From assembly GCA_951406725.2 (NCBI GenBank), contig OX597818.1:57660001-57724000 (forward strand): a stretch of DNA of 64,000 nucleotides. Reading direction: 5' to 3'. Within the stretch, counting starts at the first letter, position 1. Each line of letters opens with the position of its first letter. Source of the stretch: Octopus vulgaris. Its lineage: Eukaryota. The notes beneath the pieces are model-generated. The model did not search any database. It was not told the origin of the DNA and was given only the letters and a program-made list of their open reading frames with translations. The position numbers and the translations under genes were made by a program. Positions 40,330-51,899 of this stretch are shown here, piece after piece.

Positions 40330-40620
40330 ATGTATGATGTAGAAAATGTTCCAACTGTATTGTTCAAATGATATTGTCATCGTGTTTAAAATTCACCCGA
40401 GGCTTGGTCTCTATGACACCCGGTCTCTGTAAAATTCATACTCGCGTCAAATCACATCAGAAATATTTCGCCTCAACTGGCCCTACTCTCTTTAACATAA
40501 TGCTAAATCACATAAGGAAAGATAAAGGTCTCATAGCATTCAAACGGTTCCTGGACGAATATCTCCAACAAATTTCAGATAAAACACCTACATCCGATTA
40601 TATCTCTGCGAATAGTAACT
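40330..40620 (+). pseudogene. Old CR1-group LINE ORF2 C-terminal fragment
   Basis: FASTGPTLFN..FKRFLDEYLQQISD..NSN parallels GPQLFN..FKMKLD..IPDEP..SNSL of the 41987 ORF. Confidence 0.7.
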
Positions 40621-40841
40621 GTGGGTCGGCCCGAGGCTATAGTAGAAGACACCACTTGCCCAGGTGCCACGCAGTTCGACTGAACCTGGAACCATGTGGT
40701 AGGTAAGCAAGCTGCTTACCATATACATATATATATATAGATATATATATACATATACTTTTAGATGACTGCGCTATGGGCTCCGTGTGGGCAATCATCT
40801 AAAAGTTTTTGTTCATCTTGATGCTGACATAAGTTCCTTGT

Positions 40842-40924
40842 TTTTCCTGATGAGAAGGCGGCATAATGCACCCCTTATTCCTTCGAAATTAGGAATATGC
40901 AGCCTTCGAAACATATGTCGAGAA
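40842..40924 (+). ncRNA. Type I hammerhead ribozyme motif, intact core
   Basis: Stem I TTTTC/GAGAA, CTGATGA at 40847-40853, stem II GAAGG/CCTTC, GAAA, palindromic ACATATGT, GUC site (C40919). Confidence 0.8.
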
Positions 40925-41132
40925 TAAAGGAATTTTGTTAATTCGTCGTTCAACTCCATTCTTTCATTTATATATATATATATTCATTTTCCAAACCACA
41001 TGCTTCCCAAATACATAAATCGGTGCTCAGTCCAACTGCGTGGCACCTTAGTCAAATGTATCTTAATAGAGCCTTGGGCTGACCAAATCTTGTTAGTGGA
41101 TTTGGTAGACAGAAACTGAAAGTAGATCCTCT

Positions 41133-41171
<39 letters not shown>

Positions 41172-41174
41172 AGT

Positions 41175-41418
41175 TTAAGTTGAGGCACATGTATTTAGTA
41201 CGGTATTATCCATACAGTTTGTCTATTTCCTTAACTTCTTGTAGATTTCAGGTATAATTATATTAATGTGTCCATATGTTCTGATTTAATTAAATTCTAT
41301 GTCTTTGTGCAGCTGAAGATTTCCCTGCATTTGAAATTAATGTCATGGTTGCATTCTTCAATTAAATGGAGTTGCATGAAACTGCATTACCTCTGGGTAT
41401 CCTTCTTGCTTACTTTGA
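41175..41418 (-). pseudogene. Decayed Penelope GIY-YIG endonuclease C-terminal fragment
   Basis: HLIEECNHDINFKCREIF..LIKSE resembles the H..H.I.F..IL..E motif; many stops. Confidence 0.4.
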
Positions 41419-41421
41419 TAT

Positions 41422-41486
<65 letters not shown>

Positions 41487-41533
41487 TAAATAAATAAATG
41501 GAGTTGAACGAAGATGTTAACAAAATTCCTTTA

Positions 41534-41615
41534 CTGTCGACATATGTTTCGAAGACAACATGGTTTTATTCCAAAGGAATAAACGGTGCAAGATGCAATC
41601 TTCTCATCAGGAAAG
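41534..41615 (-). ncRNA. Type I hammerhead ribozyme motif, intact core
   Basis: Minus strand CTTTC-CTGATGA-GAAGA..TCTTC-GAAA-CATATG-TC-GACAG; homolog of 40842-40924. Confidence 0.78.
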
Positions 41616-42444
41616 AAAGGGAGACAAAACAAAAATTGCGATGACTGCCTACATGGTAAACAAAACGATAATAAGTGTTTTACAAAAAACCGTTAGTAGA
41701 ATTGACGTCAAAGTTAGATAGTAGGAAGAGAAAGGCTAAAGGAATAATAGGTAGGGAACAAGTAGAGAGGGAGGGGTATGTTGATTAAAAGAATGGTCAA
41801 AGGTTTAGGAAAGAATTTCGCTATTGGAGTGCACGTTAAGCTAATTGTTCAAACTATCGAAATGCATACACACACACACATATATATATGATTGATTGAT
41901 TGATTCTAGTTTCAGCTCACGAGCTGTGGCCATGCTGGGGCACCGCCATTTGGTGTTGCTACATGGTTTTACTTCACGAATGCTTTTTAGCAACTCATGA
42001 GAGAGTTCGATGCAGCTGCCCTCATCTGCACCTCCTGCCGTGAAGTTGGTTCATCTGGTATACCTGACAACAAGAGATCCAGTTTCATTTTAAAGACATC
42101 TGCATCCACCCCATGCAGGTCTCTTAGGTTCTTCGGGAGGATATTGAAGAGTTGTGGGCCTCGGAAGCCCAGGCTATCACAGTATCTTGTCCTAAATCTT
42201 GATGGCAAATTTGGAGTCCTTGGCACCACGCAGTGGCGCCCAGTTCTGGCATTTGTGTAACTCTCGATGCCAAAGTTTGGGACAAGTCTTTCCAGGATCT
42301 TCCAGATGTATATTATGGCATATCTTTCTCGCCTACGCTCCAAGGAATAGAGTTTTAATCTCTTGAGTCTTTCCCAGTAGCTTATATTCTGCACAGAGGC
42401 TATCTTCTTCGTGTAGCTACGTTGGATCGCCTCAAGTTCTGTGA

Positions 42445-44604
42445 TCAGCTTGACACTGGATGGTGACCAGAGCAATAGTTAAAGTGGCTTAGGACAAGTG
42501 TCCTCCAGAGGACCATCATGGTTTCTTGTTCTCTTGTTCTAAAGGTTCTAAGAATCCATCCGGCCAGTCGTCTACATTTCATTGCCAATTTAGCAACATG
42601 TACACAAAAGGTTGCGTCATCACTTATGTAAATACCCAGCTCACGCACTGATTGTGCCTCTGGGATTGCAATTCCTCCGGGTCCAGTGTATTCATTGGGT
42701 ATTGCATTTAGTTTTGCATGCTGATAGCATAAAGCTTGAAACTTTTCAGCATTGAACTGCATGCTATTTTTTTCAGCCCACTTGTATATTTTGTCCAGCT
42801 CACATTGCAGGTGCTTAGTGTCTACAGGGTTCTGTATTGCCTGTGAAAGTTTTGTATCATCTGCATAACTTGTGATCGTGGCTCTCTGCGTGGCTGAGGG
42901 CATGTCTGAGAGGGCCATTATGAACAGTAGTGGTCCCAAAACAGTGTCCTGCGGAACACCGCTCACTATTTGCGTGTTAATGGAAGTGGCCCCATTGGCT
43001 ACTACCACCTGACTTCTATCCTTCAGAAAGTCATGAAGACATTCTCCCAATTTTCCAACTATGCCAAGATCACGCAGTTTGTGACATATCATTCCATGAT
43101 CGACTTTATCAAAGGCCTTTGCAAAGTCGAGATATATCACTTCCACATTTGAGTGGTTGAGCAGTCGTTTCAGCACCCAGTCATAGTGTTGTAGGAGCTG
43201 AGTTAAACAGCTTCCTCCTGGTCGGAAACCATGTTGGGTGTCAGGCAGCAAGTCATTTTCTTCAAGGAAGGTGATTAGTTTCCTTCTGACTATTCGTTCC
43301 ATGACCTTGCTGATGTGTGAGGTCAGAGAGATAGGTCTGTAGTTCTTGGCCTCCGCTCTGCTACCTCCTTTATGAATAGGGCATATTTTACCTTCCTTCA
43401 GTTTTCTTGGAAGTTTGCCAGTTGCAAGGAAGCTCTGGAAGAGAGACTGCAGTGGTCTTGCTAGGACTCTCTTACATACTTTTAGAAGGATTACCGAGAA
43501 TCCATCGGTGCCAGTAGCTGAGTTTGTTTTCATCTTATCTATAGCCTTTATTACATCGTCTTCCTTTATATTGATGTAATCAATCATCGCCGCCTCTGAT
43601 TTTATATCTGCAGTGGTGAAGGAGTCAGTTGGATTGCTGATTTGGAAATGCCAAAGGGGTGGGGTGAAAACACTCTTGAATTGCTCATTTAGTATTTCAT
43701 TTACCCTCATTGGATTTCCTGTGAGTGTGCCATCCCTTTCAAGGAGTGGCCCTATCCTACAGTGCACCATAGCTGTTTCTTTGGCATACCTGTAGAAAGC
43801 TCTGGGGTTAGATTTTATGTTGTCTATAGCCCAGGCTTCTTTGTCTGCTCTTTCCTTTTCATGGGAGAGTTGCAGACATTTTTCAATTTCCAACAGTTTC
43901 ATTTTCAGGCGGGACTTTTCACTGCTTTCAATTTGTTTGTTTAGGCGATTTGAGATTTTTGTACGCCGTCTCATTAGAATTTTCCTCTCTCTGGGGATTT
44001 TGTTCTTGTGTACAGTGGCCTTTCTCTCTGGGACACATTTGTAGCATATGGCTTGTATTACAGACATGAATTGTTGAACTTTCATCTCGATGTCTGGCGA
44101 GGAGAGACATTCAGGCCAGTTTTGTTTGAGGTTCTCTTTCTCAATTTGTTTCCAGTTTGCCTTATTGAAGTTCAAGCTGGAAAGATTCTGAGAGTTTCTT
44201 GTAGGCTGCATGTTCATGCTTTCCTTTGGCCCGTACATGGTCAGCTCTACCATGTTGTGATCTGAGAGTAGTGTAGGTGTCACTTTCACATTATGGATGA
44301 GATCCATATTATTTGTGAAGCAGAGATCCAGTGTGTTACCTGCCCTGGTTGGTTGGAGTATTACTTGCTCCATGTACAGGGTGTTGATGAGGTTCAGGAG
44401 GGACCTCGCCTGTCCTCGTTCACATCGTGTCATTCCTGGGAGAGAAAGGCCCTCGGGCCATCTGACATTGGGTAGATTGAAGTTTCCCATGAGAAGTACA
44501 CTTATGTGTTGTTCTAGTGTGACTAGAACTTCTATTTTTATAAGGCAGTCTTCAAACTTGCTCATATGGCTTGGGGCATCTGGAGGGCGATATGTAGCAC
44601 ACAC
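42445..44604 (-). CDS. LINE ORF2 main frame: endonuclease C-half plus reverse transcriptase (719 aa)
   Basis: ORF track; RT motifs as listed; continues by frameshift into 44607-45056 and 41987-42475. Confidence 0.9.
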   Translation of the reverse strand: MCATYRPPDAPSHMSKFEDCLIKIEVLVTLEQHISVLLMGNFNLPNVRWPEGLSLPGMTRCERGQARSLLNLINTLYMEQVILQPTRAGNTLDLCFTNNMDLIHNVKVTPTLLSDHNMVELTMYGPKESMNMQPTRNSQNLSSLNFNKANWKQIEKENLKQNWPECLSSPDIEMKVQQFMSVIQAICYKCVPERKATVHKNKIPRERKILMRRRTKISNRLNKQIESSEKSRLKMKLLEIEKCLQLSHEKERADKEAWAIDNIKSNPRAFYRYAKETAMVHCRIGPLLERDGTLTGNPMRVNEILNEQFKSVFTPPLWHFQISNPTDSFTTADIKSEAAMIDYINIKEDDVIKAIDKMKTNSATGTDGFSVILLKVCKRVLARPLQSLFQSFLATGKLPRKLKEGKICPIHKGGSRAEAKNYRPISLTSHISKVMERIVRRKLITFLEENDLLPDTQHGFRPGGSCLTQLLQHYDWVLKRLLNHSNVEVIYLDFAKAFDKVDHGMICHKLRDLGIVGKLGECLHDFLKDRSQVVVANGATSINTQIVSGVPQDTVLGPLLFIMALSDMPSATQRATITSYADDTKLSQAIQNPVDTKHLQCELDKIYKWAEKNSMQFNAEKFQALCYQHAKLNAIPNEYTGPGGIAIPEAQSVRELGIYISDDATFCVHVAKLAMKCRRLAGWILRTFRTREQETMMVLWRTLVLSHFNYCSGHHPVSS

Positions 44605-44899
44605 AACTACACCAAGTTGCCAACATGTACAATTAGTGTGTCACACACCGAGTTTGAGTATGGAAAAAGGACGTGGGGTGTGAGGTCCTCACGGATGTAC
44701 ATAGCAACTCCTCCATGACTCCTTTCTTTTCTGTCGGTCCGTAGTACAACATACTGTGGTATGTGTAGTTCCGCATCCGCTATGTCCGGTTTCAGGTGTG
44801 TTTCCGTGAGTGCTATGCATAAGGCTTGATTGCATGCAACAAAGTCTCTCAAGAACGGGATTTTTGTCCTGTTACTGTGTGTTAATAGTCCTCTGATGT

Positions 44900-45445
44900 T
44901 CAGTAGGAGCATCGAGGTGAGGTGTATGCTGTTGCCGGTGGTGTCCACCTTGGGTCTATTTGCTGTGGTGGTCTTGTGAACTGTGGATAGTCCCATCTGC
45001 GTGTTTGAGTTTGATGGAGCCAGGTTAGCTGCTGTACAATCTTTTGTGCCATGCACAAAGAAGATTCTTGTTCAGCAGCTGCCCTTTCAACAACACGTTG
45101 GCGGTTTGTGGTACGCACCACATCTGCGTACCTCCGTTTTGTGGCAGGTGATGCGTGGTCCATCCCTTTTCGTTTCGGTGGTTGGTTTCTGATCTGTTTC
45201 GTGTCTCTGCGGCAGGGTCCCGGATGTGCAAAACGGCAGCCTGCACCTTCCTCTCCATGCCAGCAGGCACCCCTCAGGTAGAACCTACACACCCGTGTGC
45301 GCTGTTTGGTATATGGATAGTCAGGTTTGCTTCTATCCTTGGCTGTTTCATTTTTGGGTTTTGCCTGAGTTTTAGTTTTAGTTTTTCCTCCTTTGTTTGG
45401 TTCTTTCATCTCCATGGCTTTTGGTGCTGGTAGGAGCACTTGCAC
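44900..45445 (-). CDS. LINE ORF1 C-terminal part with CCCH-like zinc finger
   Basis: CRFYLRGACWHGEEGAGCRFAHP; basic region; overlaps the start of ORF2. Confidence 0.7.
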   Translation of the reverse strand: MQVLLPAPKAMEMKEPNKGGKTKTKTQAKPKNETAKDRSKPDYPYTKQRTRVCRFYLRGACWHGEEGAGCRFAHPGPCRRDTKQIRNQPPKRKGMDHASPATKRRYADVVRTTNRQRVVERAAAEQESSLCMAQKIVQQLTWLHQTQTRRWDYPQFTRPPQQIDPRWTPPATAYTSPRCSY

Positions 45446-45511
45446 TTGGGTTTACTTCCCGGGCAGGTTTCTCACTGGAGTTTTCTTCCTGGGTGTCTAC
45501 CAGGTGGGGGT

Positions 45512-45643
<132 letters not shown>

Positions 45644-45804
45644 TTGTGTGTGTGTGTATCTTTGTGTCGGCTTCTGTTTACATTACTGCTTGACAGTTGG
45701 TGTTGGTGCGTTTACGCCCAGTATAGCGGTTCAGGAATAGAGACCGATATAGTAAGTATCAAGCTTAGAATTATGTACTGGCCACAAGAGAAAGATAAAA
45801 CACA

Positions 45805-46128
45805 CGCAGTCTGAATGGGAAACGATGCCTCATCCACCATTTTCACCGTGCATTGCCCCACCGGATTATCATTTCTCTACAGTTTTCAAAGTCATTTGGA
45901 AGGAAAAAAGCATGAATTCTGTAGACGAGGTCAGAACAGTACTGGAGGAGTATTTTTCGTCACCGACGAGTGAATTGCGGAAGTGGAGGGGGTGCGGGCT
46001 TGCAATTCTACTGGATAGATGGAAGAGCCTTGTAGAAAATGAAAGAGAGTATATTTTAGATTAAAAAAAGAACTTTGTTATCTTAATTTTGAAAAATACA
46101 TGTATAAACTACATTATTTATGGGAGGA

Positions 46129-46131
<3 letters not shown>
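45805..46131 (+). pseudogene. Mariner transposase C-terminal relic with right end
   Basis: WETMPHPPFSPCIAPPDYH (cf. the YSPDLAPSDY motif) and RWKSLVENEREY; ends in (TA)n. Confidence 0.85.
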
Positions 46132-46184
<53 letters not shown>

Positions 46185-46288
46185 TTAAATAACGAGGCTG
46201 ATGAATTGAATATTAATTTAATTTGAAACCAGTATCCTAGCATATAGAAAAATCTGGAAAAATAAGAAAAAGTTGCAATACACATGTA

Positions 46289-46509
<221 letters not shown>

Positions 46510-47373
46510 TATATATTCTTGTATGAGTAAAAATCCAAAATTTTGTAAATATAAATGTTTTACAAGGTGCCAAACTTTCAAGCGGAATTGAACAGCTGAA
46601 CTGCTCATGCGTGAAAATATCCAGAAGCGCCGAGACATTTTAGTGTGAATCAGCAGAAAAAAAAATGTACTTACAAAACGCCTCATTTATTCCTATATTG
46701 AGGAGAGTATTCATAATATCTAAGTCATTAGATTTTTCGTGTATTTCCTTTTCAGATGCCCGGCAATAAATAAATAAATAAATAAATAAATAAAAAATTC
46801 AGCGATATTTTGCTTCACTTATTCGTATTTACCAAATCATTAATTGCTAAACCAAATTCTACATTTAGTTACTGTGAACGAAAACTTAGACTATCACTAA
46901 ATCTGCTCTAGCAAAAAAACTCTATTCGGTTAATTGACTTGATTAAATTTGTAGATTAATATTCTTCTAATTGTATCGCTTCGCTGTCTTTTCCGAAATG
47001 ACTACTAATATCGGATTAACCATTACTGAAACAATTGCAGCGTGGAAGGTGTTTATAAGCCATTTAAGAAACATACAAAAACCGTTAGATTCTCTTCAAT
47101 ATTTAAATTTAAGTTGTCAAAATATTTTCGTCGCTTTGAGACCGCGACCTGTTCACTGACAAAATTCCGTGCTGCATCTCTGAAACATTTTTTCTATATT
47201 CTACAAAACCGGTCGGTAGAGAAATAAATTTTATTTTTACGACCGTCGGGAAAGAGTATTGTGTCCACGATTTTGGCCAAAATTCGTTCTTTTATACCCG
47301 AAGAAAGGCATTACACATCTCCTTTATTACAATCGTACAAACTGCGACAAATGTATATTCAAAAACTATCGGG

Positions 47374-47797
47374 GGATCTTTTCGGTTTCACCGGCATTTT
47401 TTTCTAGCGGTACCATATGAAATTGTCACCCATAATTATGACCGAAGTATCGATCTATTGCATTTCAATCTGTTTCATGGTTAGGGTTAGAGTTAGGGTG
47501 GGGCGAAGGGTGTCTTTTTTTCTTCACAAATGTAAATAAACCAAAGCTGTTTCTTAAACGAGGGACGTATTCATACGGCACAGAATGCTTTCACCTCAAT
47601 AGACGTCATTGATTGGTTGAAATTGCAGAAATTGAAGACGAAAAAAACAAAAAATATCTTACAAACTATATAATTTTCTCAATAAAGCCAAGAGAAAAAG
47701 ATGTTTTATAAACATATTCTACCAGTATACGAAGTTTAAAAGTGTTTAGTTACCTGGAAATTATTTAAAAAAACTGCCGTTCAAACCGAAAAGATCC
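47374..47797 (-). mobile_element. MITE with 23-bp TIRs, 8-bp TSD and internal TTAGGG repeats
   Basis: TIR GGATCTTTTCGGTTT..CGGCA; TSD CTATCG(G/A)G; inverse copy at 63427-63847. Confidence 0.9.
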
Positions 47798-49199
47798 CTA
47801 TCGAGTTTTACAGGAAAAAAAAAACATTGATAATTAAAACAAGAGTGTTGGGCAATTTTGAATTCTTTTCGTCTCGCACGTCTGCAGCGGATATAGCTTT
47901 TTGTGTTTTAAAGAATCATTTGCAATCATTTAACGTATGCAAGAAACTTTGTAAATATGAAACAAATGCTGAAAAAATATCGTAAAACAACATTAGGGAA
48001 TTTAGAAAAATATCCATTGGATTAAATATGTTATTATAACACAGGGTATTGAAAGAGGAATTACCCATGGAAAGCTCCCGAAATTAGAACCGAATGCTCA
48101 GTGTTTCTAACTAAGTTTGAGTCGGCCTATAACCAACATAGTAATAGCAATTCAATTTCAATAGCAATTCAATACATCTCAAATTCCATTCATTAAATAA
48201 TTCCATTCATTCACTTGAAACGAAGGCTTAAAAATAGAAAACCTAGCATATTAATGAAATAACATGAATCGTGTTAATAATAATAAAATATATATAGGAA
48301 AAAGTGTTTTATTTCTACATAAGGGATACATTATCCTGAACAAGTATCATAAAATTAAAAATCAATTCATATATTCATCAGCACTAAAATATAATTAAGA
48401 CGACCCGTTTTCATGATCAGCTTGGAATTAAGCACATTATAAAGAAGACACTTAAGATCATTTCACGCAAATCGATGAAAATACCTGACCATTGAATTTA
48501 TAATCGGGGAATGCATTTCTCAATGTTAATCGCTAAAACTCGTCAAATGTTTTGCTCACTGAATGTTTCGGAGCGCCTGTCACTAATTTTGCTGACACAT
48601 TGTTAGGCTGCCGTTGAAGCATCTTAAACGATTTAGGAATATCTTAGCATGGTTGCAGGTAAAATAAAAGCTTTCTTAATTTTAACTCTAAAAGCAATTG
48701 TGTTCGTGCGTGCAATCATTACAAAATTGTAGAATCATGGACTCTCAAAAGCTAAGACTCCCAGTTAATCAAACTTTATTTTCAACTTTGCTACTGATAT
48801 GTGGTACATACACGCCACATAAGCTCACGGTTTTTTCGCACACTCACGTATGGGTGTGTATGTGTATGTGTATGTGTGTGTGTTGGAGTATTTGATTTAG
48901 TGTCAAAACTAAAAAGAATGATTAAGATAAACTACTCATTATGTCGCATTTAATCAACCCAGTAACTAAAAATGTATCGCATTTAATCTCCCCTGTGGCT
49001 AAAACTTTATACACAGAATTCTACAGAAACCAACTGATATAGAAATGGGCAGAGAGATAGCCATAATGGTTGGTACAAGTCGGTAGATGGTGGACTGGAA
49101 AGTAATATTGCAGAAGAGGTTTTATTTGTGATGAGGATATTGAACTTAGGAAAGGCAAGTACTGGGATGATAGGGCCCTTGAAATGGCCCTTTTATTGG

Positions 49200-49600
49200 G
49201 AAGCTCATGAAAGAAATGATGTTAATGATGATGATGACGATATATGATAACAGTAATCATGAAGGTGGTGATGGGAAGGAGAAAGAGAGGAAGAAGATGA
49301 CAACTACTGTGACGTCAACGATGAGGACGATAACCTCAAAGGTAACGATGATGATCATGGTGATGATGATGATAATGATGATGATGAGGAGGAGAAGGAG
49401 GATGTGGTGGAGGACTATAACGACGAAGTTGAGGCGAAAGTCGTGATGCTAATACTGCTGATGATGTACATGATATTAAATATAATTATCGTAGTGATGT
49501 CACTGATGAGGTAGTGCTGTTGCTAGTGGATACGGATGAGAGTAGAAAGGATGTGGGTGATCTGAGAGACGTAAAGCGGTGCTGATGAAGATATGAGCGG
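49200..49600. repeat. Degenerate (GAT/GAG)n low-complexity region
   Basis: Direct reading. Confidence 0.7.
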
Positions 49601-49639
49601 GAGTGATTTAAGTGAAGGTAACGATCGATTAATAGGCTA

Positions 49640-49960
49640 AATTGGTTGCTAAAGGCAATGATAAAGTAGAAGAGTGTTTAAGCTAATGGAAATGTTGTTA
49701 CCTGCTGATATCCACGAACCGAAAATAAATCGTCATGTGCACGGTGAACAGTTTGAAGCAAAACGATAACTTATATCTTCATTCTTAATTCGTTCCTGCT
49801 GTTCGAACATAAATACACTAATCGATACCATGTCTTGTCATTGGAAAACAACATCTCTTTTCAAACTAATATTTGATTAATACCACACTTGATTGAACAG
49901 GGTAAGGGGCCTCTAGGAACAACTGAGGAGACTCAAGGTTTTTGAAACACCGGTGTGCAA
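49640..49960 (+). mobile_element. Old Penelope 3' end with degenerate hammerhead
   Basis: FKLMEMLLPADIHEPKINRH (GIY-YIG C-terminal E..I..P.IN), then CTGAGGA..GAAA-CACCGGTG-T. Confidence 0.45.
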
Positions 49961-50117
49961 AATTAGCCTTATGCTGGGTGTGTTATAAGTACACCTTTTT
50001 TCTGAAAGGAAAGGTTGTTCTTCATTGAAGAGATGCAACAATAATAGGCATTACCATATTCAAATTACAGGAAGGAATTCGTAGATTTAGACTCCCGCTT
50101 TTGACCATGCACGTGAC

Positions 50118-50193
<76 letters not shown>

Positions 50194-50677
50194 ATTATTA
50201 TTATTATTAATTATTATTATCATTATAATAATAATAATTATTATTATTATTGTTATTATAATAATAATAATAATAATAATAATCAGAGATGCACATATCG
50301 TCAGCTACTAAGGGACATGCTCAACTGGTTAAGGTCAAACAACTGACAAGCAAATCTGTGGTATTGAGCAGAATATTTGCTGTTGCCCATCTTTTATACC
50401 AAGACAAAACAATGTACATGATAACACTTCCAATCAGTTAAAATCAGAAGCCATGAGAGCCACCGTCTGGTACTGCATCTATTATTGTTGTTGTTGCTGT
50501 TGTTGTTGCTGTTGTTGTTGTTGTTGTTGTTGTTATTATTATTATATGTATGTATGTGTTAATGTGTGTGGATGTAAGTGTGTATATGTTGGTTAAAATA
50601 TAATTTCATATCTTACGTATTCCTTATAACATGGAAAAATGAAAGCAAGAGAAATAATAATAATAATAATAATAATA

Positions 50678-50750
<73 letters not shown>

Positions 50751-50804
50751 TGATGATGATGATAATAATAATAATAATCATAATAATAATAATAATAATA
50801 ATAA

Positions 50805-51706
50805 ATGAAGCTTATAAGTTCGAAAGGGAACTAGACATCAACCTTGAATCAGATGAAGAGCCGGAAACCACTGCTACCAAGCAAGCAAAGCGAATCAAGC
50901 AGACTGCAAAAAAGAACGGGCAGAATCAAATTGAGAGGCGGTGGAGCCAGAAGCCCCTGCATGGACAATATATTCTCCGAAGCCAAAATGCTGATGTAGA
51001 CCAAGCAACAACCCATCAGTGGCTGAAGAGCTCTGGATTGAAAGCAGAGACTGAAGGTTTCATAATGGCAGCACAAGATCAAAGCTTGTTTACCAGAAAT
51101 TACCAGGCTAACGTTCTCCGAAACGGTACTGACCCTAAATGCAGATTCTGCGACACATTTGACGAAACGATAGACCATCTCGTTTCGGGATGTCCTGTGC
51201 TGACACCAAACGAATACAAAAATCGCCACGATAGGGTAGGACAGTATATACATTGGAAGATATGTAAACACTACAAATCCGACACTCCTGCTAACTGGTA
51301 TGAACACCATCCTCAGCCAGTTGTTGAAGGTAAAGATGTCACCATCCTCTGGGATTTTCCAGTCAACACTGACAGAACGATCAAGGCTAATCGACCAGAC
51401 ATAATTGTTAAAGACAGGGAAGAAAATACCTGCAGACTAATAGAAGTAAGCGTCCCCACTGATAAAAATGTATCTGTCAAGGAATTTGACAAACTTAGTA
51501 AATATAAGGACCTGGAAATCGAAATACAGAGGATGTGGAATCTTAAAACAAAAACTGTTCCTGTTATTGTAGGTGCCCTAGGTATGATAAAAAAGGGATG
51601 TCAGAAACACCTAGACAATATCCCTGGAAAACCATGTCTCAAGGAAATCCAAAAGATTGTGCTAACAAGTACTGCCCACATCCTTAGAAAAACCCTATCA
51701 ATGTAA
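50805..51706 (+). CDS. R4/Dong ORF C-terminus: zinc knuckle plus restriction-like endonuclease
   Basis: Uninterrupted frame of about 300 aa; the poly-Ile N-terminus in the ORF track is microsatellite. Confidence 0.85.
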
Positions 51707-51855
51707 ATGTTTGTGTCTGCATTACATGGAGATATATCTCTACTTCCCCTCCCCAAGCTTTCAGCTATATTTCAACAACTCTTAACCTTCACTTGCCCTA
51801 GGGCGCTGGGTGTGCCCCGGCAGGTGATTGCATCAAACATGCAGATTAAAAGTAA
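50805..51855 (+). mobile_element. 5'-truncated R4/Dong-clade RLE LINE, copy 1
   Basis: KPLHGQY, AAQDQ, CRFC..ETIDHLVSGC, RHD, RPDI..E..K..KY; flanked by (AAT)n. Confidence 0.92.
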
Positions 51856-51864
51856 ATGACAATG

Positions 51865-51899
<35 letters not shown>

